A stretch of DNA of 32,253 nt from Gemmatimonadales bacterium (lineage in GTDB: Bacteria > Gemmatimonadota > Gemmatimonadetes > Gemmatimonadales > Gemmatimonadaceae): contig JBBQDE010000001.1 in NCBI GenBank assembly GCA_038319425.1, forward strand, positions 1 to 32,253, given 5' to 3'. The notes beneath the pieces were generated by a model. The model was not told the DNA's origin, searched no databases, and worked only from the letters and a program-made list of their open reading frames with translations. The translations under genes and the position numbers were made by a program. Of this stretch, positions 22,723-29,965 are shown one piece after another (positions within the stretch are counted from its first letter, which is position 1; every line of letters begins with the position of its first letter).

Positions 22723-23415
22723 ATGAGACATTCCCTCGTGGCATACACAGCAATCACGCTCGGCGCGGTCGTGTCCTGCCGCGCCGACCGATCCAAAGAA
22801 CCAGAGTTCGCCGTCGCGTTGCAACAGGGAACACCCGCACAGGCGCTGGATGTGGCGCTTGAGCGACCCATGGCGCATCGTCGCGAGGGGCAGGTTCTGC
22901 TGGATAGCGCGCGTGCCGCGCTGGGAACCGGAGACACCATGGCGGCAAGAGCACTGCTGCATCGTGCCGCGTCTTTCTTCGTCATGCAGGCGAACGCGCC
23001 TCCCAGCAGCGGCACGCACGACCTGCTCGCCGTCGCCAGTGGCCTGGACGCGCTGGCGAACGACGTCGGCCGCCGAAGTGTCGAATCGTCCGGCCTCGCA
23101 CGGTTGTCGGCGCACGCGAATCTCGCCGAAGCCGAGCGGCATGGCGCGCTTGCCGCGGTGGCATGGTCACTCGGCAGCAAGGAGTCGATCGCCGACGAAC
23201 TCACCATGGCCGCCGATCACGTGGAGCGGGCCGCGTTGGACGCCAGGATCGAGGTCCCTTCAGCGACTCGGCGCGTGCTCTCTCAACTTCGGGCGATCGC
23301 ATCTGCCCTATCGACGGAGCGTGCGCTCACCGTCCACGAACTCGATGAGCCACTGGCGGGCCTGCACCTGGAGATTCGCGCGTTGCACTGGCGCCTGGAG
23401 CATTCCACATCCTGA
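22723..23415 (+). CDS. All-helical lipoprotein of unknown function
   Basis: GGAGGG lies 8 nt upstream of the ATG. Signal peptide with lipobox LGAVVS|C. 230 aa, Ala/Leu/Arg-rich and helical. I recognise no family. Confidence 0.65.
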   Translation: MRHSLVAYTAITLGAVVSCRADRSKEPEFAVALQQGTPAQALDVALERPMAHRREGQVLLDSARAALGTGDTMAARALLHRAASFFVMQANAPPSSGTHDLLAVASGLDALANDVGRRSVESSGLARLSAHANLAEAERHGALAAVAWSLGSKESIADELTMAADHVERAALDARIEVPSATRRVLSQLRAIASALSTERALTVHELDEPLAGLHLEIRALHWRLEHSTS

Positions 23416-23483
23416 TCGCAGCGCACACGCGCGGCGCCGGGAGGGTGATGCCCTGGTCGTGGTGCGCCGCGATGAACAGGCCG

Positions 23484-24018
23484 TCATGCGACGGCCACCG
23501 GGCTTGGCTTCGCGCGCGTGGCAATCTGCCGAACGGCGTCGCTGACCATACGTTGCGTGCACCCAGTGCGCATATAATCCGCCAAGTACACGGCCGAGCC
23601 AACGCTCCGGCCACGTACAGGGCAGGGCGTAGTCGATGACGACTCGAAGCAGGGACCCGCTCCCGTGAGGCGTCACCTCGAACTGCATTTGGTCCGGACC
23701 GATGACAAGTAGCCTTGGAGAGCCCACGCTTTCCCAAGCTTTCCGGTTGGCGGGTCTCGCCTCGTCACCACCTCGTCCAGAGACAGCTCGAGGCCGAAGG
23801 CCTGGCCGCTCACGCCAATGTGCGATCCCACTCTCTGGCTGCGGCCCTCATCAAGGATGGTCGTCATGCGGCCTCTGCCCATTCGCCACGAACTCTGGCT
23901 CATGTGGGACGAGAGGCTCGTGCACGTCGATGAGGGCGAACACGCGCTCGGGAGACGCTGACACCACCGCACTGCTTTCGTGGTGATGAGGAAATGGTGC
24001 GGGAGTGTGAGGTGTCAC
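23484..24018 (-). pseudogene. SRPBCC (polyketide-cyclase/START-like) family gene disrupted by three frameshifts
   Basis: GTG 24018 has GGAAGGAG 6 nt upstream. Family-like peptide segments are spread over alternating frames:
- HESSAVVSASPERVFALIDVHE (frame of ORF 23851..24543).
- LSSHMSQSSWRMGRGRMTTILDEGRSQRVGSHIGVSGQAFGLELSLDEVVTRRDPP (frame of ORF 23673..23972).
- RKAWESVGSPRLLVIGPDQMQFEVTPHGSGSLLRVVIDYALPCTWPERWLGRVLGGLYAHW (frame of ORF 23308..23727).
- CTQRMVSDAVRQIATRAKPSPVAVA, ending at a stop at 23484.
The shifts fall near 23914-23919, 23745-23750 and 23562-23566. Confidence 0.6.
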
Positions 24019-24095
24019 GTGCAGCTCCTTCCGAGCTATCCGGCGTGTAAGGGGAGGATGACGCGTCGAGTGTCCTGTCGTAAGCGCGCGGCCCC

Positions 24096-24746
24096 TCAAT
24101 GCGTCGGGGAGACCGACTTCGCAGCGCGCTGCGCATTCGGCGCGGCAAGACCGAAGCCGCTCGCGGGCGCCCGCGCTGCTTGCGACGTGGGCGCGAAGTG
24201 CGGCATCGCCACGCGGCGGAGCCACAGCCCGCCGGCCAGGTGCAGCGCTCCGAAGAATACGGCGAAGAAAGCGCCAAGGTACAGCGGCACGAACCTGGGC
24301 ATGTCGGCGAGCAGCGTGACCGACAGGCCGAGCGGGAGGACCGCCGCCGTTACGCCGACGAGCGTCCAGCGCGTGCGCCGCATTGGCCACAGTGCCAGCG
24401 CGAGCGCACCCGTCATGGACCCGTAGAGGATCAACCAGAGAGCGACCAGCGTCATCGCTGTGTTGAGCGGCGTGTATGGCAACCCGATCGTCAGCGCCCC
24501 GAACGCGACGGACGCCGCCCCATGCCCGCTCAGCACGGGCCACGCCCGGAGCGATCGCCGAGCGTGCATGCCGACGAGCACGTCGTACGACCCCGAGAGA
24601 GCGACGAGCGCCCCCGCCACGATCATGGATACTGGCAGCGCAGTTTCCGGCCAGCTGAGCGCGACGATGCCCGACACCGACAGCACCAGGCCGCGGGCAA
24701 GCTGCGAGCGGGAGTACTGATCGAGAGCACGATATGGGCTCAGCAT
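24096..24746 (-). CDS. HdeD-family (DUF308) membrane protein
   Basis: 216 aa with six hydrophobic helices and the usual DUF308 repeat pattern (GLVLSVSGIVAL, MIVAGALVALSGSYDVLVG, ASVAFGALTIGLP, TLVALWLILYG). GGAG lies upstream of the ATG. Confidence 0.7.
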   Translation of the reverse strand: MLSPYRALDQYSRSQLARGLVLSVSGIVALSWPETALPVSMIVAGALVALSGSYDVLVGMHARRSLRAWPVLSGHGAASVAFGALTIGLPYTPLNTAMTLVALWLILYGSMTGALALALWPMRRTRWTLVGVTAAVLPLGLSVTLLADMPRFVPLYLGAFFAVFFGALHLAGGLWLRRVAMPHFAPTSQAARAPASGFGLAAPNAQRAAKSVSPTH

Positions 24747-24816
24747 GACGGAACTCCGGCTACAGTGGAGCGCGTGAGGCCGACCTCACGCGCGCGCCTG
24801 CGACGATACTCGTGGA

Positions 24817-25308
24817 TCAACGCCCTTCCTCGTTCGACCCCGCCGCGGCGCCTACGGGCGCGACGCTGGCGGGCCGCACCTCCGTATGCCGCACCTGACC
24901 GCCGAGGTAGGCGGTGTAGCCCATCACACCGCCGGCACCGACGGCGAGAACGAAGGCGGCCGCGGTTACGCGGCGCGACAGCGCCCGCCCACCGCGGTGC
25001 CACGCCAGCGTGCCGAGTGCCAACGCACCGAGTCCACCGACGATGATGGCCGCATCGAGGGCGGCATCCTCGTGCCGCGCGAGGATGGTCTCCGAGAAGC
25101 CGGGCAACTTCTCGATGAGCCCTTCCGCCGGCTCACCGGTGAAGTACACCGCGACGGTGACCGCGCCAACGAGCACGGCGAGCGCGAGCGACACCTTCCC
25201 CAGCTCGCTGCTGCGGCGATACGCTGCGACGGCCAGAAGCAGCGCGATGATCAGCGTGGCTATCACGGGAAAGTGATTGAGCGCGAGATGGAGATGAGCG
25301 ATGCTCAT
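24817..25308 (-). CDS. DUF2231-like 4-TM membrane protein
   Basis: 163 aa. The N-terminus AHLHLALNHFPVIATLIIALLL resembles the DUF2231 signature, assigned from memory. GTGAGG lies upstream of the ATG. High GC3. Confidence 0.65.
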   Translation of the reverse strand: MSIAHLHLALNHFPVIATLIIALLLAVAAYRRSSELGKVSLALAVLVGAVTVAVYFTGEPAEGLIEKLPGFSETILARHEDAALDAAIIVGGLGALALGTLAWHRGGRALSRRVTAAAFVLAVGAGGVMGYTAYLGGQVRHTEVRPASVAPVGAAAGSNEEGR

Positions 25309-25375
25309 GACGACGCCTCACTGATAGTGGTTCGTGCGTTCCCCTCTAGGATGCGCACCGCCCAGGTCGCGGTCT

Positions 25376-25406
25376 GTCCGGCTGAGTCCTCGCCATGTGT
25401 CGGGAG
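25376..25406 (-). promoter_or_regulatory. Second occurrence of the nirK-type direct repeat (two copies, 23-nt phasing) upstream of the DUF2231 gene
   Basis: catgtGTCGGGag (core 25399-25404) shares the 11-mer TGTGTCGGGAG exactly with the distal nirK copy. ggtctGTCCGGct (core 25376-25381) is a degenerate copy exactly 23 nt away. The orientation relative to the downstream minus-strand gene is the same as at nirK. The site lies 68-98 nt upstream of ATG 25308. Confidence 0.5.
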
Positions 25407-25477
25407 ACTTACTCTCTGTGGTGGCGCCCGGAATTCGGTCCGATTCACCAACGCACAAGTCCGCGCGACGAATGACC

Positions 25478-25891
25478 TCATGGGCGCTCGTCTCGAGCGA
25501 TGACGCTCAGGCGCCCTTGTCCGTCGAGTCGCAACGTCAGTTTCTTCGTGATCGGCACGGGATCCATCTGATCCACCTCGACGCGCACCCTGTCGAGGGC
25601 GATGCGGATAACGGACACGCGCGCGCCCTGCTGAAGCCCTGCGCCGCCGAGCGCACCCAGCCTGGCGGAGTCGACAAGGATACCGGTGAAGCTCACGCCA
25701 ATCGGCAGCTCGTCCAGCGTACCGGGCGCGAGCTTCGCGCCGAGCTGGCCCGCGATCTCGGCGGTGGAGATCTGTCGCGACTGGAGTCGCACCTCACCGC
25801 CGACCTGGGCGGCGGCGGAGTGGGGGCCAAGCGTGAAGGCGATGTAGGCGGCCGCGAGTCCGACGGCGCGCGCGAGACGCATGGCGCTCAT
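25478..25891 (-). CDS. Small secreted protein of unknown function
   Basis: ATG 25891 has GAGGAGG 6 nt upstream; the track start at 26065 adds 58 non-protein-like residues. Signal peptide MSAMRLARAVGLAAAYIAFTLGPHSAAA|Q. 137 aa. Confidence 0.6.
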   Translation of the reverse strand: MSAMRLARAVGLAAAYIAFTLGPHSAAAQVGGEVRLQSRQISTAEIAGQLGAKLAPGTLDELPIGVSFTGILVDSARLGALGGAGLQQGARVSVIRIALDRVRVEVDQMDPVPITKKLTLRLDGQGRLSVIARDERP

Positions 25892-26151
25892 GTGGTCCTC
25901 CTCGACAGGGGTGACATCCCTTCGGGACAAGGATCGCATGGCCGCGCCGTACTGTCTGTAGGGCAGGCACGGACAGGGACGATCATTGCGGTCGTGTCGC
26001 GGCCCTGGTTTTTCACCACCGATGTAAGGTGAAGGCGGACTGCGCTCCCGGAGGCCGTCCTGCATGCTGAAGCCCGGGATCTTCGCCTGCGCGGCGAGAT
26101 CTGCAGTTGGACCACGTGCATCGCTTCAGTGGGGGCACGCGGCCCCGCAAC

Positions 26152-26176
26152 CGCGCGGCCACATCGTGGCCGCGCG
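26152..26176 (+). promoter_or_regulatory. Perfect 25-nt palindrome/hairpin (11-bp GC-rich stem, 3-nt loop) ahead of the DUF2892 gene
   Basis: CGCGCGGCCAC-atc-GTGGCCGCGCG, 38 nt upstream of ATG 26214. It lies in the divergent intergenic region. Confidence 0.45.
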
Positions 26177-26213
26177 CCGCGCCAACCATCACGCCGAAAA
26201 CGAGGGACGACCC

Positions 26214-26426
26214 ATGCTCGCGAAGATTCTGCTCCCCAACATGAGCGCGACGGACCGGATGGCCCGTGTTCTCCTCGGCCTCATCCTGCTCTCGCTCACG
26301 GTGCTCGGTCCGAAGTCCCCGTGGGGATACATCGGGCTCGTGCCGCTCATCACGGGCCTGGTAGGCAGCTGCCTGCTCTACACGGTGCTCGGACGGTCAA
26401 CCCTCCGCCTCGATCGAGCGCACTGA
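26214..26426 (+). CDS. DUF2892 (YgaP-like) small membrane protein
   Basis: 70 aa. TDRMARVLLGLILLSLTVLGPKSPWGYIGLVPLITGLVGSCLLYTVLGRST matches the DUF2892 pattern (DR..R...G......W...G..PL.TG..G.C..Y..LG). GAGGGA lies upstream of the ATG. Confidence 0.75.
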   Translation: MLAKILLPNMSATDRMARVLLGLILLSLTVLGPKSPWGYIGLVPLITGLVGSCLLYTVLGRSTLRLDRAH

Positions 26427-26612
26427 TCGGGGCCGGACGATCGCTACCTGCCGCGCGACGCGATCGCCGTATACCACCCGAGTTTGGTAAGCCCGGGCGC
26501 CGTGTCCACGTTCGCCTGACAGACGGCGGCGTCAAGGACAGACATCCTCAATGGTGCGGAGGAGGCGCATCCGGCGCCACGCGTCGGTGTCGTTCATTCG
26601 GAGGAACCGATT

Positions 26613-27269
26613 ATGAAGACCGATTCGCAGCTACAGCGAGACGTACTGGATCAGCTCACGTGGGAGCCCAGCATCCGAGAGGCCGAGATCGGAGCGGCGG
26701 TGAAGGAGGGCGTGGTCACGCTCTCCGGCTACGTCGACACCTTTGCCGAGAAGTGGGCCACGACACGTGCCGTGGAGCGACTGAACGGGGTGAAGGCGGT
26801 CGCCGACAATCTCGAGGTCAAACTGCCCAGTTCACACGTGCGCTCGGACACGGACATCGCGCACGCCGCGGTGCGGGCACTCGAGTGGGACGTCCAGGTG
26901 CCTCACGACAAGATCAAGATGACCGTCCGCGACGGATGGGTGACCCTCGAAGGCGATGCCGAGTGGCAGTACCAGCAGATCGCCGCCGAGCGGACAGTTC
27001 GCTTCCTGACCGGCGTGATCGGAGTCACCAACCTGATCGCCGTGAAGCCGCGCCATGCGTCGTCGCTCGACGTGAGTGGGAAGATCCACGAGGCACTGCG
27101 CCGCAGCGCCGAGTTCGATGCCGGGCGTATCACGGTCGAGGCGCACGATGGCAGCGTGACTCTCAAGGGGACGGTCCGCTCGTATGCCGAGCGTCGGGAT
27201 GCGGAGCGAGCGGCCTGGGGCGCGCCGGGCGTGACGACGGTGGACGACCGGATTGCCGTGACGATGTGA
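26613..27269 (+). CDS. BON-domain protein (three BON repeats, OsmY-like)
   Basis: GGAGGA lies 7 nt upstream of the ATG. Three repeats: IGAAVKEGVVTLSGYVDTFAEKWATTRAVERLNGVKAVADNLEV, IKMTVRDGWVTLEGDAEWQYQQIAAERTVRFLTGVIGVTNLIAV, and ITVEAHDGSVTLKGTVRSYAERRDAERAAWGAPGVTTVDDRIAV. Confidence 0.88.
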   Translation: MKTDSQLQRDVLDQLTWEPSIREAEIGAAVKEGVVTLSGYVDTFAEKWATTRAVERLNGVKAVADNLEVKLPSSHVRSDTDIAHAAVRALEWDVQVPHDKIKMTVRDGWVTLEGDAEWQYQQIAAERTVRFLTGVIGVTNLIAVKPRHASSLDVSGKIHEALRRSAEFDAGRITVEAHDGSVTLKGTVRSYAERRDAERAAWGAPGVTTVDDRIAVTM

Positions 27270-27284
27270 GCGTAGAGTACTTCG

Positions 27285-27308
27285 CCGGGCCCGCGTGACG
27301 CGGCCCGG
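27285..27308 (+). terminator. GC hairpin after the BON gene
   Basis: CCGGGC(c)CGCG-tga-CGCGGCCCGG: a 10-bp stem with one bulge, 16 nt after the stop. No U-tract. Confidence 0.3.
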
Positions 27309-27510
27309 CGGAGGTGCCGGTCACTGCGGTCGATGACGGCCATCGCCAGTGCCCGCAGATACGGCGGGATCATGACGTTTTCTCCTTCGAGAGTGAAGCC
27401 GCAGTGCCCCGCTCACCTTTCTCAGTCTCGGAACCTCAAGGACACGCGATGACATTCAGTCTCTTTTCCCAATCTCGTCCTCAGTCGCGCGGCACCGCGT
27501 CGGACACGCC

Positions 27511-27897
27511 ATGAGCGCAGAGGAACGGGGACCGGCATCGTCCGGCGAGATCCGCGATGGCGAGGTGTCTGAACCCATTGGGGGCGACGCCTCCCGTACG
27601 ACTACTTCCGATGCGGTCTGGACGGTCGTCGTCGAGCATGCACCGAGTTTTGAACAGAGTGGTGAACAGGGTGGCTCGTATCAGATCATCCAATGCCCAA
27701 ACGACGACTACGCTGTTATGGCCTTGCCAACCTCGATATACCGTCTGGCAGGGGGTGGGGGGACCTTCCGTTGCCCCAGCTGCAATCAGGATTTTGGGGC
27801 ACCCGCGCAGCCCGATCGAACGCATGCCGAAATGGCCCTTCAAGCTCCGCCCCGACGTAGCCGGGAGCGCGTTCCGCCTGGGGCAGGAAACGATTGA
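27511..27897 (+). CDS. Questionable orphan ORF with a Cys-x..-CxxC segment
   Basis: 128 codons in a locally lower-GC stretch (about 27370-27950). The middle part is protein-like (WTVVVEHAPSFEQSGEQGGSYQIIQCPNDDYAVMALPTSIYRLAGGGGTFRCPSCNQDF). However, there is no RBS, GC3 is clearly lower than in neighbouring genes, and I recognise no family. Confidence 0.25.
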   Translation: MSAEERGPASSGEIRDGEVSEPIGGDASRTTTSDAVWTVVVEHAPSFEQSGEQGGSYQIIQCPNDDYAVMALPTSIYRLAGGGGTFRCPSCNQDFGAPAQPDRTHAEMALQAPPRRSRERVPPGAGND

Positions 27898-28036
27898 GCA
27901 CGCGGCCTAGACGCTGTCGGCACGAGCGGACCATGAAAAGACGACGATGCCGTCGGGCGTGATGCCGTCAGGCAAAGCGGGACAGGCGCGCTACGGCGTC
28001 CCGGGTATCGTTGATGTGGCACTGACGGAGGAAAAG

Positions 28037-28978
28037 ATGCGAAGGATTTTAATTGCGACGCATGGTGGCGTATCGGCCGACGGCGCCGTGCGCGTCGCCA
28101 ACGATCTGGCGAAGAAGCTCGGCACGACATTGAGCGCGTTCTGCGTCGTGGAACCGCTTCCGATTATCGACGCGGGATTCGGGGTGCCGTACGTGGAGAC
28201 GCCTGAACTCGAGGAGGCGCGGCGACATGCGTTGCGCGCGGGCGTCGCGGCGCAGCTGGCGCGGTGCGGGGTAACCGCCCCCATCCGAACGACAATGGGA
28301 TCCGCGGCGACGGAAATCGCCGCCGCCGCACGGAGCGCCGGCGCGGAGTTGATCGTGCTCGGCATCGGACCGCATAAATTGCTCGACCGCGCGCTCGGCC
28401 ACGAGACGGCGCTCCAGCTTGTACAGAGCGCCAGCACGCCTGTGCTGGCCGTCGCGGCCGGTGCCGTCGCCGCGCCGGGCCACGTGCTCGTAGCGATGGA
28501 TTTCTCACCGACGAGTTTTCTGAGCGCGCGCATGATCGCGCGCTGGATGCGTGCCGGCGACACGTTTCATGTGGTGCACGTGGCGCACTTCCGTGACAAC
28601 CCGATGCACGGCGAGCTCGATCAGGTGCGCGCGACCGCGGCGCTCGCCAGATCGCTCGACGCCATCGTTGCCGATCTCGCGATCCAGGACGGCGTGATCG
28701 TGGGAACGACGGTCGTCGTCGGCGAGCCGGCGCAAATGGTGCTCGAACTCGCCGTCCGGGTAGGCGCGGACCTGGTCGCGACCGGAAGTCACGGCTATGG
28801 CATCTGGAAACGACTCACGTTGGGCAGCGTCGCATCGAAGATCCTGCGGCTCTCCTCGCAGTCGGTCCTCGTGACGCCGATCGGCAGTCTTGGAACGCTT
28901 GAGCTCACCGCGCCGACTGTCGCGTCGGTTCCGCGTCCCGTCTCGCGCGAGGACGCCCGCGTGAGCACGGTAGCATAA
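28037..28978 (+). CDS. Tandem universal stress protein (two UspA domains), paralog of 21638..22612
   Basis: ATG 28037 has GGAGG 6 nt upstream; the track start at 27947 is 30 codons longer. Domain 1: RILIATHGGVSADGAVRVA...ELIVLGIGPHKLLDRALGHETALQLVQSASTPVLAV. Domain 2: HVLVAMDFSPTS...DLVATGSHGYGIWKRLTLGSVASKILRLSSQSVLVTP. Confidence 0.9.
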   Translation: MRRILIATHGGVSADGAVRVANDLAKKLGTTLSAFCVVEPLPIIDAGFGVPYVETPELEEARRHALRAGVAAQLARCGVTAPIRTTMGSAATEIAAAARSAGAELIVLGIGPHKLLDRALGHETALQLVQSASTPVLAVAAGAVAAPGHVLVAMDFSPTSFLSARMIARWMRAGDTFHVVHVAHFRDNPMHGELDQVRATAALARSLDAIVADLAIQDGVIVGTTVVVGEPAQMVLELAVRVGADLVATGSHGYGIWKRLTLGSVASKILRLSSQSVLVTPIGSLGTLELTAPTVASVPRPVSREDARVSTVA

Positions 28979-29101
28979 GAGAGCAACGCAACCGGTCGCA
29001 GCGGGCGTCCGGCTGCGCCTGCCGCGTAGCCGGCGTCGGGAGATGTCCTAACAAAATCGCGTACACTTTCCGACTGCCGAGCGGGCATCCGTCACGGAGC
29101 T

Positions 29102-29117
29102 TCCATGCAGGCATGGA
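29102..29117 (+). promoter_or_regulatory. 6-4-6 dyad TCCATG-cagg-CATGGA upstream of the response-regulator gene
   Basis: Perfect 6-bp arms, 35-50 nt upstream of ATG 29152. The arm/spacer geometry is the same as the GGTACA-N4-TGTACC dyad at 21569. Confidence 0.35.
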
Positions 29118-29151
29118 GTCCGGGGTTCCCGCTCGACAGGAGGAGGGTCCG

Positions 29152-29931
29152 ATGGCCGACGCCGATGTTGGACGTCCGTGGAGTGCGCCGATTCCACGCG
29201 GGACGCTGGCCGAGATCGGCGCCGAACTGGCCGCACGGCCGTATGCGCGCCGAGGGGTGCCCGCGCCCGAGGTGCCGATCCGCGTCATGCTGGTGGACGA
29301 CCACGCCATAGTGCGGTCCGGAGTGAAGGCATTGCTGCGCGCCTGGCCGGATCTGCAGGTCGTGGCGGAGGCCGCTGGTGGTGACGAGGCGCTGGCGATG
29401 GCGCTGCGGGTGGAGCCTGACGTGATCGTGATGGATCTCGACATGCCAAACGGCGATGGCGAGTCTGCTACCCGCGCGATCGCGGAGGCCATCCCTGGGG
29501 CGCGCGTGCTCATCCTCACGATGTATCCCGAGCGTGAGCGGCTGCTGCAGTTGCTGGCGGCCGGCGCGCGCGGCTACCTCACGAAGGAGATCGCCGACCG
29601 CGACCTCGCGGACGGCATTCGTGTCGTCGCGTCAGGCGAGGTGTACCTCCGTCCGGTCGTGGCGCGCGAGCTGGCCGAGCGCCATGAGCCGCCGGCTCCG
29701 GCGCTGACGAACGCCCGCGCGCGATTCGAGCGGCTCAGCGAGAGGGAGCGTACGGTCGTCGGGTTCACCGCACGTGGCTTCAACGGTCCGGAGATCGGTC
29801 GCCGGCTCGGCATTGCCGCGAAGACGGTGGACACGTACAAGCAGCGCATCGAGCAGAAGCTCGGCCTGTCGCACCGCACGGAGTACGTCAGCTTTGCGCT
29901 GGATGCGCATCTCCTCCACGCGTCAGCGTAG
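29152..29931 (+). CDS. NarL/FixJ-family response regulator (REC plus LuxR-type HTH)
   Basis: ATG 29152 has AGGAGGG 6 nt upstream. REC domain: IRVMLVDDH, phospho-acceptor VMDLDMP, LILT, GYLTK. HTH domain: LSERERTVVGFTARGFNGPEIGRRLGIAAKTVDTYKQRIEQKLGL. A roughly 30-aa N-terminal extension precedes the REC domain. Confidence 0.9.
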   Translation: MADADVGRPWSAPIPRGTLAEIGAELAARPYARRGVPAPEVPIRVMLVDDHAIVRSGVKALLRAWPDLQVVAEAAGGDEALAMALRVEPDVIVMDLDMPNGDGESATRAIAEAIPGARVLILTMYPERERLLQLLAAGARGYLTKEIADRDLADGIRVVASGEVYLRPVVARELAERHEPPAPALTNARARFERLSERERTVVGFTARGFNGPEIGRRLGIAAKTVDTYKQRIEQKLGLSHRTEYVSFALDAHLLHASA

Positions 29932-29965
29932 CGAGGCTCGTACCGACGAGCGGCGGTCGAGGAAG

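Noticed and set aside
23851-24543. 230-aa ORF overlapping the HdeD gene.
   Set aside because: Only its last 55 codons or so, downstream of an internal GTG with an RBS, look like protein; these are the N-terminus of the SRPBCC pseudogene. The rest is an alternate frame of hdeD.
26903-27373. 156-aa minus-strand ORF overlapping the BON gene.
   Set aside because: It is antisense to a well-supported gene and has no RBS and no family resemblance.
27979-28002. A DosR-type box (GGGAC...GTCCC) upstream of the second USP gene.
   Set aside because: The half-sites are right, but the spacer is 14 nt instead of the compact consensus. Kept only as a weak note in the findings.
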